The position numbers and the translations under genes are program-made. Shown here one piece after another: positions 1 through 11,950 of a DNA stretch of 64,000 nucleotides. Where the stretch lies: assembly GCF_963921235.1 (NCBI RefSeq), contig NC_086097.1:155436001-155500000 (forward strand), written 5' to 3'. Source of the DNA: Mobula hypostoma. Lineage: Eukaryota. Numbering within the stretch: the stretch's first letter is position 1; the number at the start of each line of letters is the position of its first letter. Under the pieces are notes generated by a model. It was not told the DNA's origin. It worked only from the letters and a program-made list of their open reading frames with translations, and did no database searches.

Positions 1-1100
1 TCTTCCTATTGCGACATGCACAATAACAGAGCGCAAAGCTTGGTGAGAACTCAGTCACACACCGACAGAGGAGATGATTACTACACACCTCGGTTACATT
101 CAGGATGGCACACAAACACACAAGTGAACAACTGAACTGAAATGTAACAAAAACTAAATTTGAACATCTCAACATAATTGTACTAAACACAGCGCTGGCG
201 GCTAGGAATGCTGGGGGCGTGCTGACAACCACACCCCCGGTGTGCAACGCTATTATTAATTGTATTGGGAAGGTCTGGAAGAAAATGAATTTCAGGATAG
301 TATATGGTGACATATATGGAATTTGAAAATAAATTTACTGTGAACTTTAAACTTTGAGAAATAAATCTGAACTTAGCCATTAAATTTCTTCCCTCTCACC
401 TTTAACATGTGCCCTCTAGTCCTCGATTCACCAGTCCAAGGAAAAAGACTTAGTACATTCACACTATCTATGCCCCTTATAATTTTAGACACTGCTATAA
501 GGTCACGCTTCAGCCTGCTGCACTTCAATTAAAGTTCTCGACTATCCAAGTTGGGATAGATGCAGAGATACAGCTTGTTTTCACATCTCTCTTCATCCAG
601 GGTTTAATTGTGACTTGGGATTGTTAATTCCACTCTGCTGGTTTGTGCTCATCATTGTATTTATTGTTGGAATCATTGACATGGTCTCAGCATACAAGGA
701 CACGGGAACCAATTCCTTGAAGAGCACCCGTCAGTTCACTGGAAGAAACCAGTACGTCTGCAGAAGTGTAGTGGTCAGTGGCGATCACTTAAAAGTGCTA
801 GCAATCACTGGTAAGGGTTCGATTCCCACTGCTGCCTGACAAACAAGCTCAAGCTGACAGGAAGACACTGGGAACACAAATAACCATATATTACAACAGT
901 GCGGTGTAGAACAGCATCTCTGAATGCACAATACATCAAACCTTGAAGTGAATGGGTTACAGCAGCAGAAGACCAAGAAAATACACCCAGTGGCCACTTT
1001 TTTTTAGATACAGTTGGCAACTGTATTTAATATAAAAACCTTGATACAGCGATCGCGCCTTAACATCTATTCTTTCACATTTTCTCTCACACTCACTCTC

Positions 1101-2210
1101 TCACACATCTATTGGTATGAGACAATTTTTACCTTCAGCTTCTTTGTGAGAGTTTGCATTCAAATCTTCTGTATATGTTGTGATGTGAACTGAATCCTCT
1201 TTGCAGAATCTTGACTGCAGTGTCATATCCGCGGGCACCATTCCCTCACCTCGGCAGCCCTCTTGTTCACATCTTTGCCGATCCCTGTGGAGTTTTTGAT
1301 TTGTTCTTGGCCATCTTTTCTTGTATTCTGTCTTCCCATCCTCAGCCAATCTCACCTCTGCATACCTTCGTTTCTTAACGCCAAGAAACTTTCCTACCGA
1401 TTGCAATCTTCCACTCAATGGAGCTCTTCTGTCACCCACCTTTGTGGTGTCATCTGACCCACACTCTGGACTCTGTTCATCGTTCTGCACTTGTTCTTCA
1501 CTGCTCATTCCTTGATCCCCTCTTTTAAGTCCCACTTTCTCTTCTCCCACAATTACATTGTCTTTCCTTTCATTATTCACTTCCTCCTCCGCAATGATTC
1601 CTTCATCCTTACTTTCATTTATCGTGTTCTCATCCCAGGTATCTCCGTTTTTGAACACTTGGTTCATTGTTGGAACAGCCACCTCCGACGGAAAATTCCC
1701 AACAGCTAGCTCGGGACCTGGCTTTCCATCTGGCTGTTCTAGTAAACTAATTCCATGCTGCTTTCCTTCATCCCCTTCTTCCATATTATCACCCCCAATA
1801 TTCTGGCTCTCTGGTTTCCTATTCAGAGCTCCTTCCTCTGAATAACCTTCCTGGAAATCCAGGCTACCCTCACCTGGACACAAATATTCCGTTTCATGTT
1901 CTGACTCTCTAACCTCAGGAGCCAAGCTTTCAGCTTCGAGATTTTCTGTCTCGATGATTACTGGTAGACTCGAGCATCCCAAGTTTTCTAGCTCCACTCG
2001 CTCAACGTCCTGCTGGGCGACGTCTGCTCCGAGCTCAGCTTCCCCAGCTAGGGGGCCCTTCCTGGTATTTTTCCTGTGGGCCCAGAGGCTGGCGGCAACA
2101 GCGACCCCAACAGCCGACAGGCTGAGGAGCAGCAGCACAGATAGTTTGTGGCAGCACATCCCGCTGTTCCGGGGGATACAAGTAGAATTCCAACAATATT
2201 GCAGAAGCAA
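1101..2210 (-). CDS. Orphan 369-aa ORF, probably a large exon: hydrophobic signal-anchor-like segment, long Glu-rich region, basic C-terminal patches
   Basis: 1.1 kb open frame in non-repeat sequence; LSVLLLLSLSAVGVAVAASLW followed by HRKNTRK; no TE motifs recognised; an in-frame TGA lies just upstream. Confidence 0.45.
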   Translation of the reverse strand: MLLQYCWNSTCIPRNSGMCCHKLSVLLLLSLSAVGVAVAASLWAHRKNTRKGPLAGEAELGADVAQQDVERVELENLGCSSLPVIIETENLEAESLAPEVRESEHETEYLCPGEGSLDFQEGYSEEGALNRKPESQNIGGDNMEEGDEGKQHGISLLEQPDGKPGPELAVGNFPSEVAVPTMNQVFKNGDTWDENTINESKDEGIIAEEEVNNERKDNVIVGEEKVGLKRGDQGMSSEEQVQNDEQSPECGSDDTTKVGDRRAPLSGRLQSVGKFLGVKKRRYAEVRLAEDGKTEYKKRWPRTNQKLHRDRQRCEQEGCRGEGMVPADMTLQSRFCKEDSVHITTYTEDLNANSHKEAEGKNCLIPIDV

Positions 2211-2464
2211 AGCAAGAAGGTACTCCCCTCTTCAGCAGGGGGAAGCACAAAACTTGGACTTTGCCAATAGACAACTTCTGTCCGAACAGTTATTAGAATA
2301 CTCAACAGTCCCTTGAAAAATAACATGCACTGGTGACCTCAGAATCTAGCTCATTATGACCTTGCTCAAGAAAATGTACGAGTATTGTGGACACAGATCA
2401 TCATGACATCATGAAAACCAGCCTCCCATTTTACATTAAGATGTATTCATGAACTCACAATCTA

Positions 2465-2948
2465 TATAGTCACAGTCATACTTTACTGATCCCGAGGGAA
2501 ATTGGTTTTCGTTACAGTTGCCCATAAATAATTAAATAGTAATAAAACATTAAATAATTAAATAGTAATATGTAAATTATGCCAGGAAGTAAGTCCAGGA
2601 CCAGCCTATTGGCTCAGGGTGTCTGACCTTCTAAGGGAGGAGTTGTAAAGTTTGATGGCCACAGGCAGGACTGACTTCTTATGACGCTCAGTGTTGCATC
2701 TCGGTGGAATGAGTCTCTGGCTCCTGTGCCCAACCAGTCCATTATGTAGCGGGTGGGAGACATTGTCCAAGATAGCATGCAACTTGGACAGCATCCTCTT
2801 TTCAGACACCACTATCAGAGAGCCCAGTTCCATCCCAACAGCACTGGCCTTACGAATGAGTTTGTTGACTCTGTTGGTGTCTGCTACCCTCAGCCTGCTG
2901 CCCCAGCACACAGCAGCAAACATGATAGCACTCGCCACCACAGACTCG
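2465..2948 (-). mobile_element. Rex1/Babar-type LINE 3' fragment
   Basis: ORF 2606-2953 YESVVASAIMFAAVCWGSRLRVADTNR...HPLH...AIKLYNSS is typical of the Rex1/Babar RT C-terminus. Confidence 0.8.
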
Positions 2949-2950
2949 TA

Positions 2951-4538
2951 CAAACCCTATTTCCAGAAAAGTTGGGATATTTTCCAAAATGCAATAAAAA
3001 CAAAAATCTGTGATATGGTAATTCACGTGAACCTTTATTTAACTGACAAAAGTACAAAGAAAAGATTTTCAATAGTTTTACTGACCAACTTAATGGTATT
3101 TTGTAAATATACACAAATTTAGAATTTCATGGCTGCAACACACTCAACTAAAGTTGGGACAGAGTTAAAATAAGATTGAAAGGTGCACAGAATATTCAAG
3201 TAACACCGGTTTGGAAGACTCCACATTAAGCAGGCTAATTGGTAGCAGGTGAGGTATCATGACTGGGTATAAAAGTAGCGACCATCAAAGGCTCAGTCTT
3301 TGCAAGCAAGGATGGGTCGTGGCTCACCCCTTTGTGCCAAAATTTGTGAGAGAATTGTTAGTCAGTTCAAAAGGAACATTTCTCAACGCAAGATTGCAGA
3401 GAATTTAGGTCTTTCAACACCTACAGTACATAATATTGTGAAAGAATTCAGAGATATCTCAGTGCGTAAGGGGCAAGGTTGGAAACCACTGTTGAATGCG
3501 CGTGATCTTCGAGCCCTCAGGCGGCACTGCCTAAGAAACCGTCATGCTACTGTGACAATTATAGCCACCTGGGCTCGGGAGTACTTTGGAAAACCATTAT
3601 CACAGTCCGTCGCTGCATCCAGAAATGCAACTTGAAACTGTATTACGCAAGGAGGAAGCCATACATCAACTCTATGCAGAAACACCGGTGAGTTCTCTGG
3701 GCCCGAGCTCATCTCAGATGGACCGAAAGACTGTGGAACCGTGTGCTGGGGTCAGATGAGTCCACATTTCAGCTAGTTTTCGGGAAAAACGAGCGTCCAG
3801 TTCTCAGTGCCAAAGATGAAAACAACCATCCAGATTGTTATCAGCGAAAGGTGCAAAAGCCAGCATCTGTGATGGTATGGGGGTGCATCAGTGCCCACGG
3901 CATGAGTGAATTACATGTATGTGAAGGTACCATTGACTCTGAGGCGTATATTAGGATTTTAGAGAGACATATGTTGCCATCAAGGCGACATCTCTTCCTG
4001 GGACATCCATGCTTATTTCAGCAGGACAATGCCAGACCACATTCTGCACGGGCTACAGCAGCGTGGCTTTGTAGACACAGAGTGTGTGTGCTTAACTGGC
4101 CTGCTGCCAGTCCAGATCTATCCCCTATTAAAAATGTATGGCGCATAATGAAGAGGAGAATCAGACAACGGAGACCACGGACTGTTGAGCAGCTGAAGTC
4201 TTATATCAAGCAAGAATGGACAAAATTTCCAATTGCAAATCCACTACAATTAGTATCCTCAGTTCCAAAACGATTAAAAAGTGTTATTAAAAGGAAAGGT
4301 GATATAACACAATGGCAAACATGCCTCTGTCCCAACTTTTGTTGAGTGTGTTGCAGCCATCAAATTCTAAATTTGTGTATGTTGACAAAATACAATTAAG
4401 TTGGTCAGTAAAACTATTGAAAATCTTTTCTTTGTACTTTTGTCAGTTAAATAAAGGTTCACGTGAATTGACATATCACAGATTGTTGTTTTTATTGCAT
4501 TTTGGAAAATATCCCAACTTTTCTGGAAATGGGGTTTG
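2951..4538 (+). mobile_element. Tc1/mariner DNA transposon, full length, transposase disrupted
   Basis: About 200-bp TIRs (caaaccctatttccagaaaagttggg...cccaacttttctggaaatggggtttg); TA on both sides; HTH ORF 3300-3635 and DDE ORF 3743-4345 (SDES, QQDNARPH, SPDLSPIKN with catalytic E>K). Confidence 0.95.
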
Positions 4539-5189
4539 TAATTTGGCTGTGTTGACACTGATCAACAGAAAAAGACTCTTCCATTTCAAAGTGACAACAG
4601 ATCTTAACAAAGTCATCTTCCAGAACCCCGATTCCAGCCTCAACTTCCAGAAACATGATTCTTCCTCAGGAATTGATCCTTGGCAAAGATCCAAAGACAA
4701 GGCTGATCACCAAACAATGGGAGTTCAAACTCTGGACTCATCAGTGGTGAACACTGAATGTCGAACTCCATTCTCATCAATTTAGGAACCCAGGGGGTTA
4801 CTGGAATTCATTCCTCCTGCCAACATAGAACTCAGACTCCAGAACCCGCTGACAGCTCTCTGTGAGTACACTGGGGAATTCAAAGGCAGAACATCTGCGA
4901 ATCTATGAGTCTGCTGGAAGTTATGTTCAGTCTCGTTCTGTTGAACATTGTGGGAATGCTCTGTTGTCATCACTGTAAATTTTTCTGTACATGTGACTCC
5001 AGAGGACCCAGAGAAAACCCATGTATTCCACAGTGAGAACGTATAGGGACACCTTACAGAGATGGCAGGATTTTAACACCAAAATCCAACTCCCTGAGCT
5101 TTAATAATGTCGTATTAACTGCTCTGCGATCACGGTGTCCTGGTTGTTAACACAAACGACATATTTCACTCCATGTTTCTCTGTACATG

Positions 5190-5560
5190 TGGGAAATGAA
5201 AGAATCTGAATGTGAATGACTAAAGAAGGGAGGGAGTGAATGACTGAAAGGAGGAAGAGTGAAGAAGAGGATGAATGAGGGAGTGAGCAAGGAAGGGTGA
5301 GGTGAGTGAGCAAATGTGCAAGAGAGGGAGTGAATATGAGAAGGCAGAAGGGAGAGTGAGCAAAGCTGAGTGAGTAAGTAACAAAGGGAATGAATATGAG
5401 AGGGAAGGATGTGAGTGAGTGAGGGAGGGTATGATGGAGGAAGCCAAAAAATGTGAGGTAATTGGGTGAATGAATGAGCAAGGATGAGACAGATAGAATG
5501 AGTGGACAAGGAATAGAGAGAAGGAATTCACTGAATATGAACTAAGGAAGGGAGAGGGGA
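5190..5560 (+). repeat. Purine-rich (GAGT/GAAT/GGGA) low-complexity tract
   Basis: Degenerate gagtgagtgaat repeats; source of the His/Ser/Leu-rich minus-strand ORFs. Confidence 0.8.
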
Positions 5561-5565
5561 CTTAC

Positions 5566-5708
5566 CTTTTCTTCAAGGTTCGGCTTCCTTGCATCCTCCT
5601 GCATTTCAGCAGCCTCATCTTCATCCGAGACCTCGTCATTCTCTGAGATGTGAATTCTTCCAATCGATCTACCTTCTTGAGCTTCACCTGGATCTTTCCC
5701 TTTAGGTG
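5566..5708 (-). pseudogene. PLC-delta-family exon, end of X domain plus X-Y linker, frameshifted
   Basis: ctacag| acceptor and aag|gtaagt donor; reads HLKGKIQVKLKK, then after a frameshift ENDEVSDEDEAAEMQE, matching PLCD1 LKGKILLKGKK...VSDEDEAAEM; 143 nt is not a multiple of 3 for a phase 0-0 exon. Confidence 0.85.
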
Positions 5709-6395
5709 CTGTAGCCATCACAAGACCAAGAAGGAACAACTGAGTGAGCACAGAGTCATACAGCACAGCAACAGGCTCTTAAGCCCAACTCCTCCATGCT
5801 GACTAAGATTTCCATCTGGACTCACTTGTCAGTGTTTACCCTGTAACCCTCTTGAACTTTCCAACCCACGTACCTGCTCAAGTATCTTTTAAGTGTTGTT
5901 CATATATTCACTTCCTCACCTGAGAACACATTCCATATACTGAGGACACTCTGAGTGAAAAAGTTTCCCCTCAGGTTCCTACTAAATCTCTTACCCTCGC
6001 CCCTAAGTCCTGTAGTTCTTGATACCTGAACCCTGGGTAAAAGAAGCTGTGTCTGCATTCACCCTTTCTATACCCCTCATGATTTTATACACCTCAATAA
6101 TATTGAGTACACCAAGGATGGCCTGTCCAGAGGTTGGAGGTGTGTATATGTATATGTCTGTGCGTTAGGAGAGAATCTGATGCTGTGGACTCTTGGCACA
6201 CCATTGCTGAATCCACTCATTCTCGCACGATCTGAAATGTTCCCTTGTTCAGATATACTTTCCATCTCAGGAGCAATGAGTAGTATTTCTGCCTCATTCC
6301 AGTGTCAACTTGTGTATCTCCAGAATATATATTTTTATTATTATCTGTTAATATAATTCTGTTATTATTTTATGTGCTGTACGTGATATATGTAC

Positions 6396-6621
6396 CTCAA
6401 AGTTGCTGGTGAACGCAGCAGGCCAAGCAGCATCTATAGGAAGAGGCGCAGTCGACGTTTCAGGCCGAGACCCTTCGTCAGGAATGAAGTCCTGACGAAG
6501 GGTCTCGGCCTGAAACGTCGACTGCGCCTCTTCCTATAGATGCTGCTTGGCCTGCTGCGTTCACCAGCAACTTTGATGTATGTTGCTTGAATTTCCAGCA
6601 TCTGCAGAATTCCTGTTGTTT
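6396..6621. mobile_element. Penelope-type short insertion with 87-bp perfect inverted repeat and 13-bp TSD
   Basis: Arms 6397-6483 and 6490-6576 with a 6-nt spacer; TSD gtgatatatgtac at 6383-6395 and 6622-6634. Confidence 0.8.
6488..6523 (+). ncRNA. Minimal type I hammerhead ribozyme motif (Penelope-associated)
   Basis: Helix I AGTC/GACT, core CTGACGA, stem II AGG/CCT, GAAA-CGTC with predicted cleavage after C6519; mirrored core on the minus strand at about 6450-6483. Confidence 0.7.
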
Positions 6622-7533
6622 GTGATATATGTACTATGTTTTGCACCCTGGTCCCCGCCGAACATTGTTTAATTTGCCTAATACATGTGCATGGTTAAAT
6701 GACAATAAAATTGAACTTGAACTTAACCCTGAACTTTCAGGTACCTATATATTTTTACTCCTAGGTCCTTCTGTTCTACAGCACTCTCCAGGGTTCTGCC
6801 ATACACTGTAAAGGTGCTATTCTGGTTTGACTTCCCCAGAAAAAAACATTCATCTAAATTAAACGCCTTGCCATTCCTCAGACCACATACCCAGCTGATC
6901 AAGATCCCTCTGTAAATCCTGATACCATTTTCACTGTGATAGCCAAATCACCATAATATATAGGAGCAGAATTATGCCAGTCATCACATTAAGTCTGCTC
7001 CATCATTCCATTATGGCTGGTTTGTCGAACATGGAGATGAGGAGGCATTTCTTCAGCCTGACTGTGGTGAATCTGTGGAATTTCATTACCACAGGCAACC
7101 GTGGAGGCCAAGTCTTACATATATTTAAGGCAGAGGTTGATAGGTCTTGATCGGTCATGGCATGAAAGGATATGGGGACAAGGCAGCAGTTTGGGGCTGA
7201 AAGGAAAAAAACAATCAGCCATAATGAAATGCCGGCAGACTCGATGGGATAAATACCCCAATTCTGCCCCTATATCTTATGGTCTCATGATTATGGGGAG
7301 AATGGGGTTGCGGGTTGGGCACTTGGGAATGTGCTGCCTGGGGCAGTAGCAGAGGCAAATACAAAAGAGGCATTTGGAAGTTTCTTAGGCAGGCAATTGA
7401 CTCTGCAGAGAATTCAAGAATCTGAGTATTGTGTAAACAGAAGGGATTAGTCTGCTCAGTTACTTGTTTAATTAGTTCAGAACAACATCAGTTCAGGTGG
7501 GACAAAGTGCCTGTTCTTGAGTTGTCCTGTTCT

Positions 7534-7770
7534 ACACTCATTGGCTACTTTATTTGGTACACTTGTACACCTGCTCGTTACTTCAAACATCTAATCAACT
7601 AATCACATGGCAGCAACTTAATGCATAAAAGTATGCAGATGTGGTCAAGAGGTTCAGTTATTGTTCAGACCAAACAGCAGAAATTTGAATAAATGTGACC
7701 CAAGTGACATCAACTGTTGAATAATTGCTGGTGCCAGGTGGGGTGGTTGGAGCATCTCAGAAATTGAAGA
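7534..7770 (+). mobile_element. Degenerate non-autonomous Tc1-like fragment
   Basis: Terminal motif tacactcattggctactttatttggtacac, resembling the termini near 985 and 60703. Confidence 0.5.
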
Positions 7771-8031
7771 TCTGGTAACATTCATAAGGAGAATGCACAT
7801 CATTTCTGCGAGTGCACATCTTTTCTCCGAGTGTTCCATTTTCCCTCCCACAGTACAAAGACATACTTGTTAATAGGTTAATTGGTCATTGTAAATTGTC
7901 CTACAATTAGGCGGCGTTAAATAGGTGTGTTGTTGGGCAGTGTGCTTGAAGGGCCAGAAAGACCTATTCCGCGCTGTACCTCTCAATAACAGTAAATAAA
8001 TGAATTTTATCATTAAAATACAGTACTGTCC

Positions 8032-8113
8032 CTTGAACAGGTGCATTGCACACATACTGTCCATCTCTATGTTCATCATCTGCATAAACTGCTTCATTTC
8101 TTTCAGAATCCTG
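8032..8113 (-). pseudogene. PLC-delta-family first EF-hand exon remnant, internally deleted, donor mutated
   Basis: LKEMKQFMQMMNIEMDSMCAMHLFK aligns to PLCD1 [25 protein letters not shown] and PLCD4 MNVEMDQEYAFSLFQ; ends aag|gg instead of gt; preceded by cctaac...ttac| (U12-like 3' end). Confidence 0.7.
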
Positions 8114-8744
8114 GTAAGAGGCTGTTAGGTGCATCAATATGCATCAGTAACACAAACAAAGCACAAGTCAGGCAGCATCTATGGAAATGAATGAACAGTC
8201 GACATTTTGGGACAAGAACCTATATCAGTACTAGAATGATGGGGAAGAGCCAGAGAAAGGTGGTGGGGATGGGGGAAGCAACACAAGCTAGAAGGTGATA
8301 ATTGAAGACAGTGGCTGAGGAGGGAAGATGAAGTAGACAGCTGGGAGGTGATAGGGACAAAAGGTAGAGGGCTGGAGATGAAGGAATGTGATAGGAGAAG
8401 AGAGTGGATCATGGATAAAAGGGAAAGAGGTGGGACACTAGGTGATAGGCAGATGAGGAGGAGGAAAGAGGCCCGAGGGGGGAACTGAAGAGAGGAGAGG
8501 GAGGGAAAAATATTGGAAGCAGTGAGTCCTGATTGATGGTCTTAGCTTAAAATCATTTTTTAATATTTCTTAGTTACAATAAACCTGATTCTAATTCTGT
8601 GCTCCCATACCTTTATGTACCTTATGTACTTCTAAGTCAGGATACGTGACTTGGAAGAGAAGTGGTTCCCATGTCCTGCTGCCTGTGACTTCAACAGGGG
8701 GCTGAGCTTTCAGGCTACTGTCAGAGAAGACAATGGCCACTTAG

Positions 8745-11273
8745 TACAGGAAATTAGATATGTGTGCAATAAATGAACAGCAGTTATAATGGGTGACTTC
8801 AATCTACATGTAGATTGGGTGAACCAAATTGGTAAAGGTGCTGAGGAAGAGGATTTCTTGGAATGTATGCGGGATGGTTTTTTAAACCAACATGTCGAGG
8901 AACCAACTCGAGAGCAGGCTATTCTGGACTGGGTTTTGAGCAATGAGGAAGGGTTAATTAGCGATCTTGTTGTGAGAGGCCCCTTGGGTAAGAGTGACCA
9001 TAATATGGTGGAATTCTTCATTAAGATGGAGGGTGACATAGTTAATTCAGAAACAAAGGTTCTGAACTTAAAGAGGGGTAACTTTGAAGGTATGAGACGT
9101 GAATTAGCTAAGATAGACTGGCAAATGACACTTAAAGGATTGACGGTGGATATGCAATGGCAAGCATTTAAAGGTTGCATGGATGAACTACAACAATTGT
9201 TCATCCCAGTTTAGCAAAAGAATAAATCAAGGAAGGTAGTGCACCCATGGCTGACAAGAGAAATTAGGGATAGTATCAATTCCAAAGAAGAAGCATACAA
9301 ATTAGCCAGAGAAAGTGGCTCACCTGAGGACTGGGAGAAATTCAGAGTTCAGCAGAGGAGGACAAAGGGCTTAATTAGGAAGGGGAAAAAAGATTGAGAG
9401 AAAACTGGCAGGGAACATAAAAACGGACTGTAAAAGCTTTTATAGATATGTAAAAAGGAAAAGACTGGTAAAGACAAATGTAGGTCCCCTGCAGACAGAA
9501 ACAGGTGAATTGATTATGGGGAGCAAGGACATGGCAGACCAATTGAATAATTACTTTGGTTCTGTCTTCACTAAGGACATAAATAATCTTCCAGAAATAG
9601 TAGGGGACAGAGGGTCCAGTGAGATGGAGGAACTGAGCGAAATACATGTTAGTAGGGAAGTGGTGTTAGGTAAATTGAAGGGATTGAAGGCAGATAAATC
9701 CCCAGGGCCAGATGGTCTGCATCCTAGAGTGCTTAAGGAAGTAGCCCAAGAAATAGTGGATGCATTAGTGATAATTTTTCAAAACTCGTTAGATTCTGGA
9801 CTAGTTCCTGAGGATTGGAGGGTGGCTAATGTAACCCCACTTTTTATAAAGGAGGGAGAGAGAAACCGGGGAATTATAGACCGGTTTGCCTAACATCGGT
9901 GGTGGGGAAACTGCTGGAGTTAGTTGTCAAAGATGTGATAACAGCACATTTGGAAAGCGGTGAAATGATCGGACAAATCAGCATGGATTTGTTAAAGGAA
10001 AATCATGTCTGACGAATCTCATAGAATTTTATGAGGATGTAACTAGAGTGGATAGGGGAGAACCAGTGGATGTGGTATATTTGGATTTTCAAAAGGCTTT
10101 TGACAAGGTCCCACACAGATTAGTGTGCAAACTTAAAGCACACGGTATTGGGGGTAAGGTATTGGTGTGGGTGGAGAATTAGTTAGCAGACAGGAAACAA
10201 AGAGTGGGAATAAACGGGACCTTTTCAGAATGGCAGGCGGTGACTAGTGGGGTACCGCAAGGCTCAGTGCTGGGACCCCAGTTGTTTACAATATATATTA
10301 ATGACTTGGATGAGGGAACTGAATGCAGCATCTCCAAGTTTGCGGATGACACGAAGCTGGGTGGCAGTGTTAGCTGTGAGGAGGATGCTAAGAGGATGCA
10401 GGGTGACTTGGATAGGTTGGGTGAGTGGGCAAATTCATGGCAGATGCAATTTAATGTGGATAAATGTGAAGTTATCCACTTTGGTGGCAAAAATAGGAAA
10501 ACAGATTATTATCTGAATGGTGGCCGATTAGGAAAAGGGGAGGTGCAACGAGACCTGGGTGTCATTATATACCAGTCATTGAAAGTGGGCATGCAGGTAC
10601 AGCAGGCGGTGAAAAAGGCGAATGGCATGCTGGCATATATAGCGAGAGGATTCAAGTACAGGAGCAGGGAGGTACTACTGCAGTTGTACAAGGCCTTGGT
10701 GAGACCACACCTGGAGTATTGTGTGCAGTTTTGGTCCCCTAATCTGAGGAAAGACATCCTTGCCATAGAGGGAGTACAAAGAAGGTTCACCAGATTGATT
10801 CCTGGGATGGCAGGACTTTCATATGAATAAAGGCTGGATGAACTGGGCTTGTACTCGGAATTTAGAAGATTGAGGGGGGATCTGATTGAAACGTATAAAA
10901 TTCTAAAGGGATTGGACAGGCTAGATGCAGGAAGATTGTTTCCGATGTTGGGGAAGTCCAGGACGAGGGGCCACAGTTTGAGGATAGAGGGGAAGCCTTT
11001 TAGGACCGAGATTAGGAAAAACTTCTTCACACAGAGAGTGGTGAATCTGTGGAATTCTCTGCCACAGGAAACAGTTGAGGCCAGTTCATTGGCTATATTT
11101 AAGAGGGAGTTAGATATGGCCCTTGTGGCTACGGGGGTCAGGGGGTATGGAGGGAAGGCTGAGATGGGGTTCTGAGTTGGATGATCAGCCATGATCATAA
11201 TAAATGGTGGTGCAGGCTCGAAGGGCCGAATGGCCTACTCCTGCACCTATTTTCGATGTTTCTATGTTTCTAT
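8745..11273 (+). mobile_element. CR1 LINE, 5'-truncated ORF2 (endonuclease C-terminus plus RT)
   Basis: [26 protein letters not shown] and KFADD motifs; 3' (tttctatg)n tail. Confidence 0.95.
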
Positions 11274-11278
11274 GATAC

Positions 11279-11375
11279 TGGCCAGCTGCTCCCACGGCTT
11301 CATGCTAGAGTTTCTGTTCTTCAGTTCAATAAGGCCATTGTTCCAGTGCTGGGCCTCCTTGGCGCTGTTGACAAC
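11279..11375 (-). pseudogene. PLC-delta-family PH-domain exon, 3' half
   Basis: Reverse complement reads VNSAKEAQHWNNGLIELKNRNSSMKPWEQL, closely similar in nucleotide sequence to 58800-58894; followed by GTATC cut by the CR1 tail. Confidence 0.85.
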
Positions 11376-11399
11376 TGCAGGGATTGGTATTAGGACAGC

Positions 11400-11950
11400 T
11401 TCTTTTCAACTTGTATGTCAATCATTTGGAGGACGGACTTGATATGTGGCCAAGTTTGCAGACAATGATACAAAGATAGGTGGGGGGGGGGCTGGTAGTA
11501 TTGAGGAAACAGAGACTCTGCAGAAAGTCTTAGACAGATGAGGAAAATGGGCAAAGAAGTGGCAGATGGCATACCATGTCGGGAAATGTATGGTAATGTA
11601 ATTTGGTCAAAGGAGTAAGGGCATAGACAATTTTCTAAATGGGATGATAATTAAAGATTCAGAGGTACAAAGGGATTGGAAGTTCTTCAGTAAGATTCCA
11701 AAAGCTTAACTTGTATGTTGAGTCAGTGGTAAGGAAGGCATTCCTTTTCAGAGGAATGGATAGCACTTATTTCTAGAGGACAAGAATATAAAAGCAAGGA
11801 TGTAATGCTGAGGGTCTATGAGGCATTGGTCAAATTACACTTGAAGTATTGTGAATAGTTTTGGGGGCCCTAATCTTATAAAAGATGTATGGCATTGGAG
11901 AGGATCCAGAAAAGGTTCATGAGAATGATTCTTACGATAAAAGGATTCAT
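11400..11950 (+). mobile_element. Old CR1 RT fragment
   Basis: gccaagtttgcagacaatgatacaaagatagg (KFADD-like); ALERIQKRF. Confidence 0.75.

Noticed and set aside
5101..5531. Three overlapping His/Ser/Leu-rich minus-strand ORFs
   Set aside because: Artefact of the purine-rich low-complexity tract
5542..5766. 74-aa ORF with an apparent signal peptide (LTQLFLLGLVMA)
   Set aside because: The hydrophobic part is the intron's polypyrimidine tract; the real exon is the frameshifted PLC linker exon
6180..6290. PEM...YLNKGTFQ, resembling the PLC Y-domain EMDLNQGRF
   Set aside because: Weak match, needs a frameshift, has no splice sites, and lies upstream of the linker exon (wrong order)
10509..11198. 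Long antisense ORFs over CR1 RT (also 23891-24580 and 19090-19791)
   Set aside because: Shadow frames of CR1 ORFs, repeated in several copies
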